Shown here in pieces: positions 63,881 through 64,000 of a DNA stretch of 64,000 nucleotides. The notes under the pieces were generated by a model. It was given only the letters and a program-made list of their open reading frames with translations, was not told the DNA's origin and ran no database searches. Every line of letters starts with the position of its first letter. The stretch's first letter is position 1. Both the position numbers and the translations under genes were made by a program. The stretch is from Camelus ferus (lineage: Eukaryota): positions 46,502,001 to 46,566,000 of the forward strand of contig NC_045707.1 of the NCBI RefSeq assembly GCF_009834535.1, written 5' to 3'.

Positions 63881-64000
63881 CTTCGGAACACGCACACAAA
63901 CGCACAAATAAAAAAAAAAAAAGATCATTTTTAACAGCAATAATTCTCAGGATGATGAAATGTTACTCTTGCCCACCTGGGAAGTAACCTACATGAGCCC

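Noticed and set aside
1..64000. Prokaryote-type systems (CRISPR array, defence operon, prophage) or a novel multi-gene system
   Set aside because: No regularly spaced repeats and no gene-dense ORFs; the window is a spliced mammalian gene with ordinary interspersed repeats

Overview
Eukaryotic (mammalian) genomic DNA, not a prokaryotic locus. The whole window lies inside PLXNC1 (plexin C1, the SEMA7A / viral-semaphorin receptor) on the minus strand. Eleven internal coding exons (exons 2-12 by my recollection of human numbering) can be placed to the base. They total 1338 nt (446 codons), join in one frame without stops, and encode the C-terminal Sema domain, PSI domains and first IPT domains. 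Exon 1 lies beyond the right edge and exon 13 onward beyond the left edge. The introns carry typical eutherian repeats (L1, L2, MIR, MLT1 solo LTRs, MER5/MER58/MER112/Tigger DNA-transposon fossils, one CR1/L3 RT fossil). Two short tRNA-Ala-derived SINEs and cetartiodactyl-type L1 3' ends point to a camelid genome (inference). Nearly all ORFs in the supplied track are non-coding noise. I find no convincing new biological system. The best second-look items are a CpG-rich, dyad-rich intron-4 element with a perfect RFX X-box, an 85-nt near-perfect hairpin in intron 10, a GC-AG intron, two unusual splice acceptors, and long in-frame exon read-throughs. Repeat family names and human comparisons come from memory of consensus sequences, and repeat boundaries are approximate.
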